Positions 20,133 to 29,993 of a DNA stretch of 35,306 bases are shown here, in pieces. Source of the stretch: a virus (taxonomy: Duplodnaviria > Heunggongvirae > Uroviricota > Caudoviricetes); IMG/VR virus record IMGVR_UViG_2541046997_000001, positions 1 to 35,306 of that record. One strand, given 5' to 3'. Numbering within the stretch: the first letter of the stretch is position 1; each line of letters starts with the position of its first letter. Under the pieces are notes generated by a model. The model saw nothing but the letters and a program-made list of their open reading frames with translations. It did not search any database and had not been told where the DNA came from. The position numbers and the translations under genes are program-made.

Positions 20133-21594
20133 CGTTTTATTTTTTATAATTCGCTACATTATAAAGAGTATAAAAATACTCCTCACATTTTCATGTGAGA
20201 CTAGACTATATCTTTATGTAATTAGTTATTTTATTGTGTAAAATATGTATCAAGTATTTTGTCTATATATTTATAATTACGGTATGTAATTTCAATTAAT
20301 TTTATATCATTCTTAATACAATAATTTTTTTTGATTTTATCATGATTTTTTCGTATAATAAAATCTTCATATCCTCCAAAATATTTAATTGGACTAAAAT
20401 GTTGTAATCCTTGATATTCTATACAAATATTGTGATCTGGTAAATAAAAATCAAATGGAAGTGAAAGCTTGTCTTTACAATTATCAAAACGATGTTCTTG
20501 ATTGTAATTAATATTAAGTTTTGATAAATATTTTCGTATGTTATATTCTCCCAAACTTTCTTTTCTACTACATTTACGACAACATGCATTTTCATGTCTT
20601 GTAAATTGAAACAAGGAAGTAGTGTATGGTTTGTTACATTTTGGACACACAACTATTAGATTATTTACTTCCCATCCTTTGTATTCATTTTTATTTAATA
20701 ACTTACCGCCAAAAGCTGCAATTCGTTCTTCTACTTCATTTGGAGACAACATTAAATTTTTACTATTTTCTTCATTTTGACATTTTGAACATCCGTGTTG
20801 TGATACTAACGCATAAATTTTTGTTTCAAATACACCATGTTTCTTACATTCATATTTAACAATACTATCACTATTTTTAATTTCATCTTTTTGTGTTAAT
20901 AAGGTATATCCTTTTTTATTACAAAAATCTAATGCCCTAGTATATAATGAAAGTTGACGTTCTTTTAAGTTATATTCAGAAGTTTTTCTTTGTCTACATT
21001 TCTTGCAAGAATATTTATCGTATTTATATTTAAAATAATCTCTCCATTCAACTTTTACAATTTTCCCACAATAATCACATTTAACATTTACTTTTAAATG
21101 TGAGCCACTAGGTAAATCTTCTGGTTTTACAAACAAAGATTCTCTCATCTTTGTAAATACATATCCTTTTGAAATCAAATGTTTTTTATTTGAACAAGAC
21201 CATTTTGACTCTATTAATTGATTTTCTACTAATATTTTTTCACCTTCTTGTTTATATATTTTTTTTACACAATAAAAATCACGCAAAACTGCGTGATAAA
21301 AATAACTATAAATAATTTACATATTTACCTTTTCGGACTGCCAATAACTTGCACTCCTACTCCCTTATGGGATAGTCGTTGAACCTTATCCTGTTCGGAT
21401 CTTGGCTGCTGATTGCCCATTAAAAAAGAGCAGGGGATTTAACCTCGCTCTCATACAAATAATTTTTTCTGTTTTCACAACCTTCACGTTTGAGTATATT
21501 TCATCTCTACGTTGTGGTTTATTTGTCTTTAGGGTTTTCCAGCAATTAGATAAATTTTTTCATACATATCACTATGTAAGACCACTATAAATTT
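20133..21594 (-). ncRNA. Group I intron B (1462 nt, IA-like with P7.1/P7.2) in TMP
   Basis: P1 ACCAU/GUGGU with U.G. P element AAUUGCUGGAAA, Q element AAUCAGCAG, R element GUUCAACGACUA, S element AAGAUAUAGUC. P3 AUUUAUCU/AGGUAAAU. Terminal G at 20133. Splicing gives in-frame DIVFNH|KQTAELF. Confidence 0.95.
20231..21286 (-). CDS. Intron-encoded putative homing endonuclease: CxxC zinc repeats plus a Vsr/DUF559-like nuclease domain
   Basis: Lies in the P8 loop of intron B. Several CxxC pairs. C-terminal 'ESLGE..LPFDFYLPDHNICIEYQGLQHF..DKIKKNYC'. Start codon uncertain. Confidence 0.8.
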   Translation of the reverse strand: MRDFYCVKKIYKQEGEKILVENQLIESKWSCSNKKHLISKGYVFTKMRESLFVKPEDLPSGSHLKVNVKCDYCGKIVKVEWRDYFKYKYDKYSCKKCRQRKTSEYNLKERQLSLYTRALDFCNKKGYTLLTQKDEIKNSDSIVKYECKKHGVFETKIYALVSQHGCSKCQNEENSKNLMLSPNEVEERIAAFGGKLLNKNEYKGWEVNNLIVVCPKCNKPYTTSLFQFTRHENACCRKCSRKESLGEYNIRKYLSKLNINYNQEHRFDNCKDKLSLPFDFYLPDHNICIEYQGLQHFSPIKYFGGYEDFIIRKNHDKIKKNYCIKNDIKLIEITYRNYKYIDKILDTYFTQ

Positions 21595-24500
21595 ATGGTT
21601 GAAGACAATGTCGCCCTTCTTTAGTGGAACAAATTGTGCTCCGCCTTCGATTAAGTGCCAACGTCCATCTCTAACAATTAACTCATTTCCAAGCTCATTT
21701 ACAAGAGAAGTTTGATTTTTAGAAACGCCCCAGTCACCACTTGCGTTCGCGTTACCAGAGTAGTGATACAAATTAGTAGTCCCATTTGCGTTGGCGGTTC
21801 CATTTGCCCCGGCTCCATCTCCCTTGACATTGTTTGTAACAGAAGTAATATATACAGTTTTACTTTGCACAGAAGAGATAGCAGAAGCAAGAGCTGATAC
21901 ATCCCCCGTTCCAGATGTAGTGGCAGATACAGTTACAGATTTGCTTTGTACAGAATCAATAGCTGCTTTTAATGCTTTTACCAAATCCGTTCCAGTTACA
22001 TTTGCTTTTGCATCAACAGTTTTTCCTTCAAGCGTTCCTAACGAAGCCTTTAATGCTCCGATGAGTTCCAAACCTGTAACATTTGCCATTACAGATACAG
22101 ATTTCGCTTCATTACTCAATCCATTTATGGAAGATTTTATTCCGTCAAGTTCATCTTTTCCAGATACACTTATTGAAACCGCCAATTCTCTATCATCAAG
22201 AGAAGACAGCATGGTTTCTAAAGCAGTAATGTCATCTTTTCCGGCAACGTTCACAGTTATGGTTACATCTTTGTCCTGTATATCTTCAAGATGTAAGTCT
22301 TCTTTTGTTTCAAGCCCAACGGGTATTTTAATCTCGTCAGACATTAATTGAGATGCAATCTCATCAGGACTTAATCCTTCAATATTTAATTCTGCCTTAA
22401 TCTCTGGCGAAATATTTGCAAGCTCAGATTTTGCAGTTTCTACCTTGCTTAATGCTTCATCAAGTTTACTCGTATCGACATTAGGTGTAGATGCAACTAT
22501 ATCTGCATTTGTAACAGCATCATAATAATTCTGGAACAGTTGAACTGCATTTTGTAGTTCCGCACTTGCATTACTTGTATCAACACTTAAAACAGCAGGC
22601 TCATTTAACTCTGCACGTTTCTGAATCAAAGTAGAAAGAACTTGCTGTGCAGATTCTAATTGAGAAGCATCACAATTAATTGAACCATCAGAGTTATATA
22701 AAGAATTAATATACTCTTTTGTTTTTTCAATTTCATTATATATAGAAGAATCTGTCTTAGCATTTACATTAATATCAACTTTCCCACCAGTAGCTTCTTT
22801 AATTGCGTCTGCTGCTAGAGTAGCTTTGGCAATAGCTTCGTCTAAAGTACCTGTTTCTACTGACACAGATGAAGGATTTTCCAGAAGTTTTTTACGTTCT
22901 ATAGCTTCTTCAAGTAATGTATTTAGATTTTCGACTTCTGCACTATCAACACCAAATTTAGTTTCTGACTCATCACGCGCTTTCGTTAATTCTGCGATTC
23001 GAGCATCTAATCCTTCCGCATCTAGCTTAGAGGTATCTACATCTAAATCAATTTCCGGGAAATCAGATCCAGCTTCTTTTAACTGTTGAAGATTGGTTTT
23101 TGCTTTTTCAGCTTGAGCAGATAAGTCAGCTATTTTCTGAGCATAATTAGAATCGCCACTCGTATCTCCAACACGAATAGTATCATCATATTCGGTCATT
23201 GCGCGATATAATGTTTGAACAGCTTCCTTACTAATATTTAACCTTTTTGCAATTTCTTCATCTGCTCCAGTTTGAAATTCAAGAACACCATTTTCTAACT
23301 CTTTTACCCATCCCAATCCTTCATTATCAGAAAGAGTTTTCATATCTGTAACAAAATTGTCAAGACCTTGCTTGGTTCCGGTAAAGTATTTATCAATTAC
23401 AGGGAGAGACGATTCATATGCGGCAACAACTTCTTTCATGGAAGCAGTAGCTAAATCTTGGTTAGAATAGAATTGTGATATAGCTCTAAATTCCTCGGTG
23501 TTATATCGACCTTCTTTATAGAGTTCTTTACCACGCTCACGCATCGTTTCAGAAACTGTACGGAACATATCGCCTTCTTCACCATTAGATTGAGCAGACA
23601 TCCATTTTTGGTAAGCAGAGGTTGCACCATCATAGGCGGCTGATAATTGATTTACTGCTTCAAGCTGGCGACTTAATCCGTCTATAACAAGTTGAGAATT
23701 ATTATATTCAGAAGAACCTTTGTCATAATTATTCTGTTCTGCATATGCTTTATTCAACTGCTCTTGAAGTGATTGTTGTTTTTCTGCAAACTTCCCTTTT
23801 GTTATAGCTTCTTGTTGTGCTTGTAACTGGCGTAAAGCTTCTCTGTTTAGATGAACGCCATTTGCGGTTTTTTCAAATAACGTTGCAGGATCATAACCTT
23901 CCAAATCTTCATATGCGGAGGCTATTGCACCAATATCGCCTTCAAGTTCTCCTGTTTCTTCATTGAGAGAAACACCTAGCCCTTTGCCAGTATAACTATT
24001 TGCTAATACAGCATTTAAAGATTCTACAGAATTAATTTGTGATACAACATCTTTCTGAAAATCAGAAAAACTTTCTTCAAGTTTAGTTAGACCAGTATCT
24101 TGACTAGCAAGTGCTGAAATTTCTTCTCTGAGTGTTTCAACGCTGACACCTGCTTCATTACAGGCAGCAACTAATTCAGGAAACCCCTTGGTAATTTCAT
24201 CAACAGACAATTTGTCTCCACTTCTAAAAGCGTCTACTAATTTCTGTTGCGCTTGAGCAAAATCATTATTTTCCCAAATTTTAGATAATGCTTTAGCTGC
24301 TTTGGCTTGAGGATTTTCCCTGGTATAATCATCAATCACTTTTGTGATATCATTGAATTTCTTTAATTCTTTTGAAGACAATCCTTCTTTAGCAGCACCC
24401 GTTGTTTCATCCATGAAATTCTTTCTAAGATCTTGAAGAGTTTTCATGTTTTCGGAAACAGCGTCTTCATACATTTTCATATCTGACTTAAGAGTTTCTA

Positions 24501-25476
24501 TTTCTCCATCAATTTCAGATTTTCTCTTTTTATCTTTTTTTGAAGTTCCTAAGCCATCACGTTCTTTTAAAAGTTCTTCTCTTGTATCTTTTAACTCATT
24601 TAAAGCTTTAACTTCGTTTTGAGTAGCTGTTAGAATATCTGTTTTTTCATATCCAGTGTTTTCTACTCCTTGTGTAGCATTTGCACCTGCAGCCATTCGA
24701 TCAATCCAGTTATCAGACTCTAATAGTTTCTGTTGAGATGATTTTGTTGTTAAGTCATAAGTTTCTCTTTTGTTTAGAGAATCCATTGCAGAGCCGACAG
24801 CTTCTTTAGCTTCTTTATCTGCAATTTCTTTCTTTAAATCTCTCTGACGTTCTAGTTCAGCATTTTGTAATTTCAGTTGTGAAAGTTCAGATTGCTCTAC
24901 AAGATTTAAAGTTCCTTTAGATTCAAGTTCTGAAATTCTTGTAGATGTTGTTTCTATTTCAGAATTTAAAGATTTTACTTCTGCCATTGTAGAAGCGTAA
25001 GCTGATTGCGCTTCTTTTGCTTCCTCAACAGATCTCTTCATTTCAGTAGCTTTTAGGTACGCTAACAATGCCGCACCACCAATAACAGCACCACCAGCGA
25101 TGTAAGGACCTGCTTTCTTAAATACACTCAACAATCCTTTTCCGGCATTCTTGAATCCTTGCATAGCTTTCTGCCCGGTAGTCATTCCATCGCCAAGACC
25201 GTCTAGTGTTTTCTTAAGTTCACTTACACCTTCGGCTGCATCGCCAGCCCCTTCGAGAATATCACCAAGTTGATCTTTCCAGTGAGTGGCTTTTAATGCA
25301 TCTTTTGCAAAACTTTTTGAAACACCAGAATGTTTAAGAATCTTTTCAACTTCTTCTAAATCTTTTGCATTGTCTAAAACATTTTTAAACTTATCAAACT
25401 TTTTAAAATCCGTTATATCGGATAAACCATTAAACTCATCAAACAGATCGGAATATTCCCCTATTTCTTTTAATGA
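21595..25476 (-). CDS. Tape measure protein, exon 2
   Basis: The frame is open for 97 codons between the proposed splice site and the ATG at 25185 (SLKEIGEYSDLF...), with no ATG/GTG/TTG in that stretch. Helical TMP composition ending 'LVNELGNELIVRDG..KGDIVFNH'. Confidence 0.8.
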
Positions 25477-25481
25477 CTGTG

Positions 25482-25490
25482 TGGTATAAT
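25482..25490 (+). promoter_or_regulatory. Extended -10 promoter for the plus-strand cargo genes
   Basis: TGgTATAAT about 50 nt upstream of the ATG at 25539, which has an AAGGAG RBS. Confidence 0.65.
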
Positions 25491-25538
25491 ATAAAAAATG
25501 TTTCTATCATTTATTATATATTTAAGGAGATGAATTTA

Positions 25539-26021
25539 ATGGCATTATTATGTTGTCATGAATGTAAAAATAAAGTTTCTGATAAAGCTGAGACATGTCC
25601 TCATTGTGGATGTCCAATAGTTATTGATAAAAACAAAGAAAGAAAATATTCTAAAGTGAATGGGATTACTTATGATGTAACCGAACTTGTCGATTTGATT
25701 CTTAATCGTAAAACAATTGATGACGATAATGAAGTAAGTGATATTATAAGGAAGACAATGGATATTTCCCCAGTTAAGTTTACTTTACCTACGGTAGAAC
25801 TTGGGAGAGCGCCGGAAGAAATTAACTGTGAAACATTATCCGACTTCTCAAAAAGACAACGAGTCATCCAAGCATCAAAAATTCATTGTCCAAACTGTAG
25901 GTCAACAGATGTAAAACGCATATCTGCAACCGAGAGAGCAGCATCTGTTATTGGACTTGGGTTGCTTTCCAAGAAGATAAATAAAACATACAAGTGTAAT
26001 AAATGTAAGTATACTTGGTAG
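25539..26021 (+). CDS. Zinc-ribbon protein (N- and C-terminal CxxC pairs), intron A cargo
   Basis: 'MALLCCHECKNKVSDKAETCPHCGCP' and 'CPNCRSTDVKRIS..KTYKCNKCKYTW'. AAGGAG RBS. Confidence 0.8.
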   Translation: MALLCCHECKNKVSDKAETCPHCGCPIVIDKNKERKYSKVNGITYDVTELVDLILNRKTIDDDNEVSDIIRKTMDISPVKFTLPTVELGRAPEEINCETLSDFSKRQRVIQASKIHCPNCRSTDVKRISATERAASVIGLGLLSKKINKTYKCNKCKYTW

Positions 26022-26087
26022 TGGTATAGTATAAATACAATAACTGCAGAATTTTAGTTATAATAATGAAATGAGAGGTAAATATAA

Positions 26088-26618
26088 ATGTTAGTAGTAT
26101 GTCCTGAGTGCAAAAACGAGGTAAGCCAATATGCAGAATCGTGTCCAAACTGTGGATTCCCAATTATTAAATTTATGAAAGATAGCAATTTAACAGATAC
26201 CGAAAAAGTTGAAATTTGTCCTAAATGTGGCAGATTCAGCGAAGGAACACCGTATTATTTAAAATGTGATTATTGTGGAAGTACAATGGCACAAACTGAT
26301 TTAACAATGGACGAATGGATATCCGTATTGATGAAAAAGGATGCTTTTTCTTTTGTCGAAGATATGGCTAATAAATATGGTAATAATCAATTTTCAGAAG
26401 AAATGTTTAATACGCGTATGGGGCACAATCACTCAAACAGTCATACAAGTGAGCAGAAAAAAGAAGAAACTAACATCCCTAAATGTCCCACTTGTGGAAG
26501 TACAAAAATACGTAAAATTTCTGGAACTAAAAGAGCTGCTTCGATACTTGGGTTTGGTATCTTGAGTAATAACATTGGGAAAACATATGAATGTTTAAAT
26601 TGTAAATACAAATGGTAG
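26088..26618 (+). CDS. Zinc-ribbon protein, paralog of 25539..26021
   Basis: 'CPECKNEVSQYAESCPNCGFP' and 'PKCPTCGSTKIRKIS..KTYECLNCKYKW'. GAGG RBS. Confidence 0.85.
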   Translation: MLVVCPECKNEVSQYAESCPNCGFPIIKFMKDSNLTDTEKVEICPKCGRFSEGTPYYLKCDYCGSTMAQTDLTMDEWISVLMKKDAFSFVEDMANKYGNNQFSEEMFNTRMGHNHSNSHTSEQKKEETNIPKCPTCGSTKIRKISGTKRAASILGFGILSNNIGKTYECLNCKYKW

Positions 26619-26622
26619 TAGC

Positions 26623-27321
26623 ATGGTGGAGACAAAATTACGCTGGTTAGAATACTGTAAAGAAATTAAAAACATCCCGCCAATACAAGAGATAAAGCTT
26701 CTTGATAAAAATGATTCATCACACGCAAGATTTAAATCAATAGATTTGTATAATCAAAAATATATCTTATATGTTCAAAAGGAGATATATGAATATACGG
26801 AGGTTTCGACAAGATCTATATTATTTCATGAATTTACTCATCTTGCGGACTCAATAAAATATAGAGATAAAAAATATGAAGTATTCCTTAATATAATGGC
26901 TTCTTACTCAGAATATCATGCAGCATATATCGAAATGATTCAAATTATCAAAAGCTGCAATAGTAAATTAGTAAACAAGGAATCAGAGGTTATTTACAGA
27001 GCCGGCTGTCTTACTTTAGAATCCCTTATGTCTCAATCATACACAGCAGCGATAAAATGTTTTGAAAAAATTGATGGGTCTTTTGGATTACATGAGTTTT
27101 TTTATTATTTAGGATATAGAAAAGCTTTACAAAAATATAATTTGGAATTTGATTTTAATTTCTTGGATTTCAATCCGTTATATATGATTTATATTAAAAA
27201 TATTTCTGATTATGTGGAATCTAATGATATTCCCAAAATGGCTGATGAGCACTCAAAATTATTACACTCTATTGATATGGAGATAGAATCAAATAAAATT
27301 TTGAATCATTTTAATATTTAA
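26623..27321 (+). CDS. HExxH putative zinc metallopeptidase
   Basis: 'ILFHEFTHLAD' followed by 'SEYHA' as a candidate third ligand. Starts 4 nt after the upstream stop. Confidence 0.7.
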   Translation: MVETKLRWLEYCKEIKNIPPIQEIKLLDKNDSSHARFKSIDLYNQKYILYVQKEIYEYTEVSTRSILFHEFTHLADSIKYRDKKYEVFLNIMASYSEYHAAYIEMIQIIKSCNSKLVNKESEVIYRAGCLTLESLMSQSYTAAIKCFEKIDGSFGLHEFFYYLGYRKALQKYNLEFDFNFLDFNPLYMIYIKNISDYVESNDIPKMADEHSKLLHSIDMEIESNKILNHFNI

Positions 27322-27423
27322 AAACTGTTGTTTTCTTATGTTGCTACTTGGCTCTGCCAGACAAAGCTGCAGACATCAATGACAACGACAAAGATCAAGA
27401 GGAGGAGAAGAACAGCGGCTATC

Positions 27424-27594
27424 TTATAACTCCACATTGCCCAAAATTTTTTCTTTAAACTTTTTTATAATTGAATAACATTCAGATTGGTTTACATCAG
27501 TGCCGCAATATAGCGTGTTGATTAAACACTTTACAATATAATTTTCTTTTTCTTCACGCTGTAAATAATTATCAACGAAATTATTGTCAAACAT
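27424..27594 (-). CDS. Small hypothetical protein (56 aa)
   Basis: GAGGTG RBS before MFDNNFVDNY. Lies back-to-back with 27626..28060. Confidence 0.5.
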   Translation of the reverse strand: MFDNNFVDNYLQREEKENYIVKCLINTLYCGTDVNQSECYSIIKKFKEKILGNVEL

Positions 27595-27625
27595 ATTAAC
27601 ACCTCGATTCTGAAAGGAGATTACC

Positions 27626-28060
27626 ATGAAATTAAATCCAGATTGTATTAGAGATGTATTACTCTATTTAGAAGCTGAATTAGAAGTAGACTTGGAAAAA
27701 CAAAATTTTACAAGAATTAGTCTTAAACAGATAAAAGAACATTTTGAAAATATTTATTTTGAAGAAGATATTTGGTATACAGTGTACAATCTTCGTGAAA
27801 TGAGATATATTTCTGGAAACTTGGGTGACGCCGGAAGGAGATTAATGATGTTTTGTGAAATAGACAATATAACTCCATATGGACACCAGTTTTTAAATAC
27901 TATAAGACCAAAGTCTATTTGGGACGCAACAAAATCAGGAGCGTCTAAGATAGGTATAACTTCTCTATCTGCATTAAGCACAATAGCAATGGAAATAACA
28001 AAATCAGTTGTAACGAGAAAAGACGTTATAGATGAAATTGTATCTCTAATAAAATTTTAA
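27626..28060 (+). CDS. DUF2513-like protein
   Basis: 'MKLNPDCIRDVLLYLE..ITPYGHQFLNTIR..IWDATK' is the family pattern. AAGGAG RBS. Confidence 0.8.
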   Translation: MKLNPDCIRDVLLYLEAELEVDLEKQNFTRISLKQIKEHFENIYFEEDIWYTVYNLREMRYISGNLGDAGRRLMMFCEIDNITPYGHQFLNTIRPKSIWDATKSGASKIGITSLSALSTIAMEITKSVVTRKDVIDEIVSLIKF

Positions 28061-28142
28061 CAGCACAAGAAATAATAATATCATTAATACAAAAATCTCG
28101 TTTGAATATCTAATATTTTACCGAGTATTGTTTTCAAGCACA

Positions 28143-28172
28143 AAAATAGAGCAGTAGTAGTTACTGCTCTTG
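28143..28172. terminator. Hairpin terminator between the convergent DUF2513 and type III toxin genes
   Basis: AGAGCAGTA-gtagt-TACTGCTCT with a U-tract on the minus strand. Confidence 0.65.
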
Positions 28173-28655
28173 ATTTATATTTAATTCTTTGTGAAAATAT
28201 TTTAATGTAGACATTCCATACTTTCTTTTAAAATCCATTTTTGGCAAAGTAATTTCATTATTCATGTGCAATACATATTCATCTACATACTTAAGAGAAT
28301 CTTCAACTATTTTTGATATAAATCTTTTTGTCTTCATATATTCATCTCTATCAATCATTGCAGGTTCGGACGAAACAAAGTTATGATTTTTGATAATCAC
28401 TATTTTACTATAGTCAAGTCCTGAATTATGTTTATTTGATCGTTTTGTATTTTGAAATTTAAAAGCATATTTATGATGAATTTCACTTCTATATGGTATA
28501 CAAACGAAATAATCATAATGTGTCTGAATTAATAAACAATTATACCCTCTATTTTTCTTTTTTAACAATTCTGGATATTCTTTTGATGGATAATTATCAT
28601 AAAAGGCTTCTGTTAATTTCAATATCTGAAAATCAAAAATATTTTCTTCTTCCAT
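28161..28655 (-). CDS. tenpN: Type III toxin-antitoxin endoribonuclease toxin, TenpN-like
   Basis: 'RGYNCLLIQTHYDYFVCIPYRSEI..SGLDYSKIVII'. Preceded by a promoter, tandem repeats and a terminator, the canonical type III layout. Confidence 0.85.
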   Translation of the reverse strand: MEEENIFDFQILKLTEAFYDNYPSKEYPELLKKKNRGYNCLLIQTHYDYFVCIPYRSEIHHKYAFKFQNTKRSNKHNSGLDYSKIVIIKNHNFVSSEPAMIDRDEYMKTKRFISKIVEDSLKYVDEYVLHMNNEITLPKMDFKRKYGMSTLKYFHKELNINQEQ

Positions 28656-28669
28656 TATTTCTCCTTAGT

Positions 28670-28695
28670 AAAAAAGAGAGGAATACCCTCTCTTA
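28670..28695 (-). terminator. Terminator between the antitoxin repeats and the toxin gene
   Basis: AAGAGAGG-GUAUU-CCUCUCUU-UUUU. Confidence 0.85.
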
Positions 28696-28702
28696 ATATA
28701 CT

Positions 28703-28863
28703 TCATCACTCGGTTACATTTTATTTTATCGATGTGTCAGAACCGTCACACATCATCATCACTCGGTTACATTTTATTTTATCGATGTGTCAGAACCGTC
28801 ACGCATCATCATCACTCGGTTACATTTTATTTTACCGTCCTGTCAGAACCGTCACAGGACTCA
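28703..28863 (-). ncRNA. tenpI: Type III antitoxin RNA (TenpI-like): three tandem ~53-nt pseudoknot repeats
   Basis: Units start at 28703, 28756 and 28809. Stem GAUGUG/CACAUC (GUCCUG/CAGGAC in one unit). Loop CGGUU pairs the downstream AACCG. Confidence 0.88.
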
Positions 28864-28904
28864 TATGTGATGAATTGAGAAAACACTGTGGTCTTCTTAT
28901 TTAT

Positions 28905-28933
28905 ATTATATCCAACAATCGGAGAAAAGTCTA
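28905..28933 (-). promoter_or_regulatory. Promoter of the type III TA operon
   Basis: TAGACT-17 nt-TATAAT. Confidence 0.75.
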
Positions 28934-29000
28934 CTAAAAATATAGCTAATAAAACAAGATGAATTTATGCAAAATATACAAATAGAGCAGTGGTTAGTAT

Positions 29001-29165
29001 CTATCGTATAATTCCACAAATTTTCTTATCACCAGATAAAACATCTATTGACCAGTTTATAGGAATAATATCTTTTAACGCTTCTTCGGAAGAAACGATT
29101 TTTAATTTTCTTCCGGATAATTTAGAAAAATCTAATCGTCTTTTTTTCTTCTCAACCATATACAT
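29001..29165 (-). CDS. Small hypothetical protein (54 aa)
   Basis: MYMVEKKKRRLDFSKLSGRKLKIVSSEEALKDIIPINWS... AAGGGA RBS. Not in the ORF track. Confidence 0.55.
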   Translation of the reverse strand: MYMVEKKKRRLDFSKLSGRKLKIVSSEEALKDIIPINWSIDVLSGDKKICGIIR

Positions 29166-29185
29166 ATTTGTCCCTTCTATAAAAA

Positions 29186-29773
29186 TTAACTATACACAAT
29201 TTCAATTCTATCAAAGTCTTTCGTGTTTAACACAATAAGCTCTTTCGGATTATTAGAATTGTCGATTATAACATTTGCTTCCTCGTCCAATTTTTGATAC
29301 ATCGTTAACGCAATTATTGGTTCATCTTTGTTTGATTGACCATATTTATATAATCCAAGATATGACTTTCCGTCTTTTAAAAATACTCTTACCCATGTAT
29401 TATCTTTGAAAATATCCATCCAAAAATCGTCATTAGTTGTGCGGTAAATATGTAATTTTAACAAAAGATTATTGAATGCTGTTGAATGGCATAATTCACC
29501 TAAAATTACTCCTAATAACAAACCAATAATTGTGAGTAAAATAATACGCTGGTCTGGTAAAATAATGATCTTGGCTTTCTTCAAAATAAAATCAAATACA
29601 ATACCAAGAATATAGCTTGCAGCAACGCTTTTGATAATTAAATTGTTAAAATTTTTATGATCTACAAAAGATACCCAATAATAAGTGGATAAAAAAATAT
29701 ATCCAGGAATTACAAAAGATAATATGTATGGTATATTATCTATAAGATCAATTATCCAATTTATACTTATCAC
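29186..29773 (-). CDS. Membrane protein, DUF6338-like
   Basis: Three hydrophobic segments, with 'FVIPGYIF' and 'DDFW..WVRVFLKDGKSYLG'. Confidence 0.7.
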   Translation of the reverse strand: MISINWIIDLIDNIPYILSFVIPGYIFLSTYYWVSFVDHKNFNNLIIKSVAASYILGIVFDFILKKAKIIILPDQRIILLTIIGLLLGVILGELCHSTAFNNLLLKLHIYRTTNDDFWMDIFKDNTWVRVFLKDGKSYLGLYKYGQSNKDEPIIALTMYQKLDEEANVIIDNSNNPKELIVLNTKDFDRIEIVYS

Positions 29774-29919
29774 CTCTGATTTTCATTATTGTTTTGAGAT
29801 TCAGATTGTCTTACCGGAGGGGTAGTGTTTTCCGTTGTAGAATTCCTCTGATAACTTGAAATCTCAAAAACGGGATTATTTGTATTTTGGTTTCTTTTTG
29901 TTTCATCTTCTGTTCCCAT
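29770..29919 (-). CDS. Small hydrophilic peptide (49 aa) coupled to the membrane protein
   Basis: AAGGAG RBS. MGTEDETKRNQ...; the TGA overlaps the next GTG (GTGA). Confidence 0.6.
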   Translation of the reverse strand: MGTEDETKRNQNTNNPVFEISSYQRNSTTENTTPPVRQSESQNNNENQR

Positions 29920-29981
29920 ATTTATTCTCCTTTTCTAAACTTATATTTATTATAACTCGTACTAGAATAGAAGAGTAGTCG

Positions 29982-29993
29982 GAACATGTGTTT
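29982..29993. promoter_or_regulatory. LexA (Cheo-box)-like site upstream of the intron A cargo promoter
   Basis: GAAC-ATGT-GTTT, one mismatch to GAAC-N4-GTTC. Minus-strand TATAAT at 29949-29954. Confidence 0.5.

Noticed and set aside
21529-25185. Independent gene starting at ATG 25185
   Set aside because: No convincing RBS, and the TMP-like open frame extends about 100 codons upstream with no start codon.
28703-28863. Possible CRISPR array
   Set aside because: The repeats are contiguous with no unique spacers, there are no cas genes, and the layout matches a type III antitoxin.
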